Source: Octopus vulgaris
Taxonomy: Eukaryota
Assembly (NCBI GenBank): GCA_951406725.2
Contig: OX597819.1
Coordinates: forward strand, 3,658,001-3,722,000
Direction: 5' to 3'
Length of the DNA: 64,000 nucleotides
Shown here: in pieces, positions 55,777 through 64,000 of the stretch
How the letters are laid out: each line of letters starts with the position of its first letter
Position numbering within the stretch: position 1 is the stretch's first letter
Program-made: the position numbers and the translations under genes
The notes under the pieces: generated by a model
Told to the model about the DNA's origin: nothing
The model's database searches: none
The model's input: the letters and a program-made list of their open reading frames with translations, nothing else

Positions 55777-57521
55777 TTACTGAGGCTATGTTCCATCGTT
55801 GAATTAGTGTCGCTGTTTTACGGTAGGTCAACTCGAATCGAACAAGTTTATATCACCATTCAGTCTTCTTTTGTTATGGAACACCACATTACCTGTGTTC
55901 TTGGTTTTGAAAAGATGGTATGGAATAATTTAATGACAACTTGACTATTATTTTTTGTAGAGCGAATGACCACGTTGGGGTTCCCTCATTGCCTCGTTAT
56001 TGGATAAGAAGTAATAATAGAAAAGGTATGACATTAGTGGGGGCTCAAACGAAACTCGGGTTTCAGTAGCCAAACCAGTGTAAACTAATATTGTTCTCAA
56101 AATCACAAATTCCGATGTCTTAAAGGAACGCGATTTGATGACTAAGAACTAAATCCATTTAAAATAAATGAGTTTCTACACAGGGGAACCAGAGTAAATT
56201 ATCGAAGAGTTTTATGAATGCAAAAATATATGGCGCAATCTATACCTCAGAAACAAACACGATAGAGAAACTTGATTGAAAAATAATAAAAAAGGAAACC
56301 GAGAAAATATTACATATTATTACATTTGTGTTGCCAGGCTAATGAAAGAGTTTTTCGTTTGCATATCGTCATCTGATTTAACTGAAAATTATTTGAGGTA
56401 TACGTATCTTCGAAAACTTCCAGAAATGCGCATATAAGCACACGCGCGCATACACACATATACATGCGTGCGTGCATGTGTGTGTGTGTGTGTGTGTGTG
56501 GCTTTTTCATAAAGAACAAATACCTACACAATCTTTAACTCATATATAATAGAAGTTTAACACATTCATAAAATACGTTATTTAATCTCAGATATCCATA
56601 ATAAGCATAATACTTTATACGCATTAGTACATAGTTTTATATTACTGATGTGTTCCAAATAACAGACTGATATGTAATATTCAGAAAATATAAACTTCTG
56701 GTAATTTTCATAAAATATTATTCAGATACACCAAGAATATGTGTATATTGAAACATTATTCTCTTTCTGTATGAATAAATAAAAATACATATGTTATTTA
56801 TTGACTTTGGCGAGCCTTTTTTTGGGTGTAGTGGCTTTTTCATGTTATCACAATGACTGAACAAAAGCAATATTGTTCTACGTATATATAGAAATAAATG
56901 AGCCCTGGGGAAATTTAAAAGATGTGCACATTTCATAATGTACGCAAAACTCTGGTTAATTGGCTTGCAGAAAATGATAAATTTAGAATGAAAATGGAAA
57001 CGCTGAACATGGATGAAATGTAATATTAAAGAAAACAAAAACAATGTAATTTTAAATAAACCTCCAAGGCAAAATCTCCAGAATATGATTAAATATTTAT
57101 CTTCAATGGAATATTTGTTGGAGAATATTTGAAAGGAATTTGCACTTCATACAAAAGAGAAAACTGTTGTATTGTGGTCTGCTACAATATTATTTATTGA
57201 TGCATAAATATGATTAGCTTTAGCTCTGACCCATCAGAAATAGCTAGGCGGGAACTGAAACTATTCTCTGATCCATTCAACTTTAAATCCCACGTATTCT
57301 TTCTCTTCTACATCACACCGAAGAGCGACCCCTAGTGATTTCTTCGCGAGCATTATGTGCTAGTCAGGGAATTAATTATATTGGGAGAATTCAGTGGGGA
57401 GTTCCCGTTGCTTCCTTTCGATTATTATTTACGATTCACCATCTTGTCAGGTAGCTGCCTCCCCCCCCAAGACAAATGATCCAAGAATAGGATCTTCAAA
57501 AAATGAGTGATAAGTACTCAC

Positions 57522-57833
57522 AGTCTCGGTGGACGTTAAAAGTAAGGTAAGTAGCAGATTCTTGGTCTCCAAGACAAACATTTCTCAGCATCAGCACCCT
57601 ACAGTTGCAATATAACCTTAACTGCTGAATTGCGGAAATCAGCAACTCTTGTGATTCAAACTTGAAATTATTAATAGCATCTAAAATCACGAGAATTTTA
57701 GACCCAGGATATTCATGCAAGAAGAAAAACACATACGCTTTAGACCAGAGATTCTGCATCTCATGTTGCATGTTGTCTATGAAGCAGAAGGCACTCAAAA
57801 TAGCATCTAATGAAGTAGATGTAAGAAAGCTTT
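57522..57833 (-). CDS. Candidate host internal exon (312 bp, phase 1-1) with Walker-B-like KILVILD
   Basis: Acceptor CTTACAG|, donor |GTGAGT, open frame throughout: SFLTSTSLDAILSAF...PGSKILVILDAINNF...TFNVHRD. Confidence 0.45.
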
Positions 57834-58955
57834 CTGTAAGTATGATGCAGGGCTGATTGTAGCAAAGGTTCTACAACCATTTGCCATCGTTCAGTAATTG
57901 AGACAAGAAGTAACCACGTTATTGGCAAACTATATATGGTTTTTGAAAGTCAGTAAGATTTTCGAGAAGTCAAAAGCAAGTAGTTAGAGGACTATGAAAT
58001 GAATCTGCCTGAGAGGGCACTAGTTGTACAAAAACTGTAAAGATCTTAATACGCGCCTCAACTCCAAAAATTAGATTTTCACATAGAAAGGTACTTATTA
58101 GCCAACTGAAAAGCCCCATACCCGACCCCCAAACCATCATCGTAAATCACCTGACTCTGGATGGCGCGTTCTCATGCGTTCCTATCTCTCACTTTTTCAC
58201 TTCCTCTTTTTACTTTTTCCCCCTCTAAACATTTGCCTTACAATTTCTATTCTGTTCTTTCCTTCTGCAATATTTCCTTCTGCTCCTTAAATTTACTCTC
58301 TATCATTTATAAAACATTTCTCATCTTGAGCTAAAACAACTTCATTCAGGTACCTGTTATAATTACATTTTTAGAACAATTTATATAGCAGTCTTCAGCT
58401 GAAATTTAACCTTTTTTGTGTGTGTATCATACATAGGTAATATAGGCAAGTAATTCACAGAGTTGCCTTCCTCTGGCCAATAGAGTTCTTCTCAAGATTG
58501 AAATGAGCATAGTCACATCTATTTCAGATATTCTCATATCTCACGAGACGCCACGAGTAGCTATTGCGAAAATATATGCATTTACACACATACACACACA
58601 GACGCGCGTTGCGTCAAATTTTAGCACCAGGTCAAGAGGAGTGAGCCGATGTAATTGATTTACCAGTATTAATATATGGTACTTATTTTATCGAACTTGA
58701 AAGGATGAATGTCAAAGTCGACCTCAGAGAAATTTGAGCTTAGAATGTAAAAACAGACGAAATACCACTAAGCATTTTGGCTGGCGTGCTAACGATTCTG
58801 GCAGCTTGCCGTCTCGTGCATGCACATATATTAATTCCATATATTATAGATTATATTTTTTAGTTTATTTACATATATAATGTTTATATTTTAATTATCT
58901 CAAGACTCTGAAAATTATCATGATATGGAAATAAGTTATAGCATTTATATATATT

Positions 58956-59372
58956 TATTTCTTTAGTACCCACAAGGGGCTAAACACAGAGGGGACAAGC
59001 AAGGACAGGCAAACGGATTAAGTCGATTACACCGACCCCAGTGCGTAACTGGTACTTAATTTATCGACCCCGAAAGGAGTAAAGGCAAAGTCGACCTCGG
59101 CGGAATTTGAACTCAGAACGTAGCGGCAGACAAATTACCTATTTCTTTACTACCCACAAGGGGCTAAACACAGAAGGGACAAACAAGGACAGACAAACGG
59201 ATTGAGTCGATTACATCGATCCCAGTGCGTAACTGGTACTTAATTTATAGACCCCGAAAAGATGAATGGCAAAGTCAACCTCGGCGGAATTTGAACTCAG
59301 AACGTAACAGTAGACGAAATACCGCTAAGCATTTAGTCCGGCGTGCTAACGTTTCTACCTGCTCGCCGCCTT
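58956..59372 (-). mobile_element. Dimeric SINE family B (tail ii) with 24-bp TSD
   Basis: TAAGTTATAGCATTTATATATATT at 58932-58955 and 59373-59396. Confidence 0.9.
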
Positions 59373-59479
59373 TAAGTTATAGCATTTATATATATTGCGA
59401 GGTTGTCCACACCAGTGTTGTCTGTATAATAGAAATCTTTTTCGTAGGATACAATGTATTACAATTTTATATGTATATT

Positions 59480-59693
59480 TTACCTTTTACTTGAGTTAGT
59501 CATCTGACTGCAGCCATGCTGGGGCACCACCTTAAAGGGTTTTAGTCGAACAAATCGTCCGCAGGATTTTTCCTTAAGTCTACTAGTTATTCCAGCGGTC
59601 TCTTGTACCGAACCGCTGTTACGGGGGCGTAAACACACCAACAATGGTTTTCAAGTGCTAGTATGGGACAAGCACAGTCACAAGACACACATA

Positions 59694-59700
<7 letters not shown>
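59480..59700 (-). mobile_element. SINE family A, 3' half
   Basis: GACTGCAGCCATGCTGGGGCACCACCTT. Confidence 0.75.
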
Positions 59701-59767
<67 letters not shown>

Positions 59768-60332
59768 CAATGATCATTGTTTACTTTCATAGTGCTCCCA
59801 CTAGATTAATTTCCTGTCAAAAAGCCCAAGGTTAATCACTATAGTTCTGTATACTTAATTGGTCAATAATATATAATTGATATTTCAGTGTATTGTTTCA
59901 AAACTACATGCTAGAAATTATAATTTTACATGACGTTGATATTTGGTTTGACTGGGTTTCTTTTAGTCAGCAAAGATATTTACTAAAATTTACCTCATTT
60001 ACTAAAAATTCTTGAAAAAGCAGTGTAAATCAGGTAACTTAATTATTTGAATAATTTCTGTAAGCAAACGAAAATGGTGAGTGAAATAAAGCGAATAAAT
60101 AACCTTCATTTATAGACACGTAAAAAAGTATACTTGTGAAGATACATTCTGCATCAAGTGCCTGATGCAAGGGAAGAGTTAGTGAGTTAACTCTTGTGTT
60201 CTATATCAGGGATCAAACAACAAGCTCTGTTATTCGTATTTATCTAAGCAATCGACAATTTTTATATTTTACTAAAACATTTTCACAGACTTTTGCCTTT
60301 CTGTCGACGCGCAGTTCTATTTGTTATACATT

Positions 60333-60550
60333 AGGCAGCGAACTGGCGGAATCGTTAAGCATGCCGGACAAAATGCTTTACGGCATTTCGTCCGTCTTTA
60401 TGTTCCGAGTTCAACTACCACCAAGGTTTAATTCGCCTTTTATCCTTTCGGGGACGATCAAATAAGTACCAGTTGAAAACTGAGGTCTATGAAATCGACT
60501 TGTCCACTTCCCTGAATTTACTGATCTCGAGTCAAAGTTTGAAACCAATA
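60333..60550 (+). mobile_element. SINE family B, diverged, tail type i
   Basis: Matches the family consensus. Confidence 0.75.
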
Positions 60551-60718
60551 TTTGTCCATTTCATTCAGATTTTCATCATGACTCCCACCTTCGATTCCTT
60601 GGATATAAAATAAATTTTCACGTTGGGATATGTTCTTTCAACAAAGTCAATAGGAGAGACAAGGCTATGCATCAATCTCGCGTTAATTAATACACAAGAA
60701 ACTACTTAATCTAGAAAA

Positions 60719-61131
60719 GGCGGCGAGCTGGCAGAAACATTAGCACGACGGACGAAATGCTTAGCAGTATTTCGTCTGCCGTTAAGTTCTGAGTTCAAAT
60801 TCCGCCGAGGTCGACTTTGCCTTTCATCCTTTCGGGGTCGATAAATTAAGTACCAGTTACGCACTGGGGTTGATGTAATCGACTTAACCGGTTTGTCTGT
60901 CCTTGTTTGTCCCCTCTGTGTTTAGCACATTGAGGATAGTAAAGAAATAGGTATTTCGTCTGCCGCTACGTTCTGAGTTCGAATTCCGCCGAGGTCGACT
61001 TTGCTGTTCATCCTTTCGGGGTCGATAAAATAAGTACCAGTTACGCACTAGGGTCAATATAATCTACTTAATCTTTTGTCTGTCCTTGTTTGTCCCCTCT
61101 ATGTTTAGCCTTTCGTGGGCAATAAAGAAAT
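60719..61131 (+). mobile_element. Dimeric SINE family B (tail ii) with 17-bp TSD
   Basis: AAGAAACTACTTAATCT 60696-60712 and AAGGAACTACTTAATCT 61132-61148. Confidence 0.9.
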
Positions 61132-63349
61132 AAGGAACTACTTAATCTTTAGTACTTATAACTCTACGTAGGTGTAACTGTTGGAAATATATTCATGACT
61201 AGTTTTGTTATGCTTGTTTTACTCTCAGTTTGCTATTGCTTGAAGGGTACTTGGAGCTACGATTAAGAATTTAAAAATGAAAAGTATTAGTTAAATATTA
61301 GTTGAAGAAAATACACGACGTTGATATTTGGTTTGACTGTGTATCTTTCAGTTAGCAAACAATTAGTTTTGTTGCTTATTTACTAAAACGTAACCTGCAA
61401 ATTATACTAAATAATAATGCTACTTAGTTAATATGAAAATAATTTATTAGTAATCAACAGCTACAATTAATTAGTACACTTTGTTATTAGATAAAACCTT
61501 GCCTAAATAAGAAAATTTACACTGAAGAACTATAACATTTTCTAACATTTGTGCTTTTTATTTTTAGATAAGTCAGAATTTGTTAGGTTTACATTTAAGC
61601 TAGATTGTATTAATTTTTTAAATACACATCCTTCTTGGGAATGAACATATCGACTTGACTGGTGTTTAAATGAAGTATACTTTTAGAAATCAGGACTCGT
61701 AAAAGTCTATATTGTGGCATGTCGATTCATATCGGTTTAGTGAAAATGATGTGAATCAACGTTTTATGCTTCAAGGACATAAAATGATGGCGAAATCAAT
61801 AATATAAATCAGTTTGGGTAAAGAGCTAGAATAAACAACTGAAATAATTTAATGTGTAGCCATTGGATCAATATATATCTAGAGATGAAACATCTGTGAT
61901 AAAGTGCGTTTGAAGACTTCGGTTTCACTCTTATGTTTAAAGAATGGAATACTTCACTTCTAGTCGAAAAACCCAAGAAACCACGTGAAATATTATTTCT
62001 GTAGAGTTGGAAGTTCGATTAAAATTTAAAATTCACTACTCATTCTTACTGAAATTATAATTCTACGAAATTGGTATTATTTTCTTCTTTCAAGTCAACT
62101 TATGGCTCTAGTTCTAGACTTCAGCCAACTGTTCTGAATTAGAATTAATGTACTAACTCTATTTTAATGACTAAAAAATTAAAACAATCGTTGTATATTA
62201 CATAAAACACTGTATGGTCATGCACATATGACATGCAATCAAATCAATAATTGAGAGAATAGCTTTTTTACAAAAGCTTCAGTATGCTTATGATAAATTT
62301 GTTGGTATTTTCAAGTGTTAAATTAGAAATCTAAAGGCTTCGATTCTTGGTTAATGTTTTCAATCATTGCAATAAATTTTGTGCTTCCCTTATGCAAATT
62401 TATGAGAAAAAACAGAAAACCAACGATCTCTTTTGATATTTAAAGCCAGTTATGTTTAGTGTTTTTCTTTCTGTTTCACTGGATATTTTGGTTTAAATGC
62501 TGTGGCAAATATTTTAGTAGAGATCAAAGTACAAATTGATAAGTCGATGTTTGTAGTACATATTGACTATTATTTTGCAGCAACTCTATCTACATTCTCT
62601 CTTCTGAATAGGTATTTGTTGGAGGCTCAAAGTCGGTTTCTATTATGTTTGCTTGTATTTCTTTTAGGTATTATGAAAAATGTAATTTGGTGCTATGATT
62701 CAAAACTAAAGGTAAACCATGAAGTCAAGGACTTTTAAAGTCGACAGATTTTCTTATCTTTGGTAATCTGTTATCTTTTGGTTTGTGTATCGAACACTTA
62801 TATGAGATTAGTTCTGATCATTAATGTTTTGTTAGTTTTGATTCGTATTATAACAACAGAGGCCTTCACAATAAAGATTAGTTATAATTCTTCTCATAGT
62901 GTTTAATTGTTCATGTTGGGATTTAATTTAAGTATACTATATTACTTCCGTAACAGTATATACTTCATAGCCATATATCGAATAAAGCTGTTTCTCCGAG
63001 TATTTTTGTAAATGAATTCTTTTCTTATAACTTAATTCTGGCTTGTATCATATTTATCGACATCATCTTTTTACTGAGGTTTGGCAAATGAAAAGTAATT
63101 AAAAATAAAAACAAAACATGTATCTCCTGCAGTCTGTGACAGAAGCTAGATTTTTGTAGGCATGAAATAACATATTTCAACTACTACCATGTTCAATATC
63201 GGTTCCTAGAGATTTGTTGTTCAGCATACCGTTCACTCGATGTTTTTCGTCATTTGGTATTGTTACTTTAGCGAGACTCGAAACCAATTCGTCGAATTAC
63301 GAAGTTAAAGTCATGACAGAACAACGGCTTGTTTATGTGAGAGGCCGAA

Positions 63350-63460
63350 TTATTGGCCAATCAACGGCCAAATTTGATGTGATGGGTCGATCTAGATCAT
63401 TCTGTAACTTTTTCCCATAAGGGTTATATAAAGGCCAGTTTTAGCGCCAATTTTCAGTGT
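63350..63460 (+). promoter_or_regulatory. Candidate Pol II core promoter (CCAAT, TATA, Inr)
   Basis: ATTGGCCAAT ~63352-63361; TATATAAAG from 63425, 31 nt upstream of the A in TCAGT (63456). Confidence 0.5.
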
Positions 63461-64000
63461 GCGTGGTAACCCGAGATCCAACTCCACACATTCTCTCGCC
63501 TTTGTAATAGCCGTTATCACGATTGTCTGCTCAATTTGGATATGTTGATTTATCTGGTTGAAATGAATCTACTATGTATATCTACTCCAGTCTTATCAAG
63601 CTTCAGTATAGAGCTTTTGTAATCTACTAATCATCAATGCTACAGAATTATTCATTCAATTGTGTTGACTTGATGTCGGAACTTTATAATTCATGATCAA
63701 CTTAAATATTATTCGTCCAGTGAAATAAAAGTTACTATTAAATGTTTGTTTGGCGTTGTTATATCACTCATACGCAGCCCCATAGGCATATAACCAACCA
63801 ACCCTACTACTTATTGGTTCTAATTTGAAGAGATCAATCTCTTGGATTGTCTTTTTTGCTCAAAATATCTTAGAATATAACCAGTTACTCTTTGATATTT
63901 CCCATTCTGGTAGAAATGTTATATATCACAGAGATTTTTGAAGCTTTATTCTCTTCAAGACAGTCGCGGCCAACTCTGCTAAGATTTTACTGCGGTAGTT

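Noticed and set aside
56718-57044. 108-aa ORF as a second host exon
   Set aside because: Composition typical of AT-rich noncoding DNA; no clear splice boundaries

Overview
AT-rich, microsatellite-saturated eukaryotic DNA, almost entirely repeat-derived. The SINE repertoire and simple-repeat load point to an octopus (coleoid cephalopod) genome; this is inference, not a database result. Most ORFs in the track are microsatellite or SINE artefacts. Supported content: (i) a nearly full-length CR1-group LINE (-, ~18061-22928). Its ORF1 is unusual (Myb/SANT-like plus CCCH finger), its ORF2 is APE-RT, its 5'UTR is a tandem array, and it is nested in a non-autonomous Helitron. (ii) A frameshifted Penelope-like element (PLE; RT with YRDD plus GIY-YIG, Naiad-like) at ~29708-32460. 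(iii) A second, decayed Naiad-like relic at ~6130-6900 whose zinc-knuckle has TGA at two conserved Cys positions, next to a SECIS-like hairpin. (iv) Many solo, tandem or fold-back PLE termini carrying minimal hammerhead ribozymes, including a U3-A8 covariant core. (v) Three tRNA-derived SINE families, two sharing 3' tails with LINEs present in this window. (vi) Mariner, hAT, pogo/Tc2, Helitron, RTE and L1/Tx1 relics. (vii) One candidate host exon with a Walker-B-like motif and one candidate TATA/Inr promoter. All structures were read by eye; none was folded, aligned or searched computationally.
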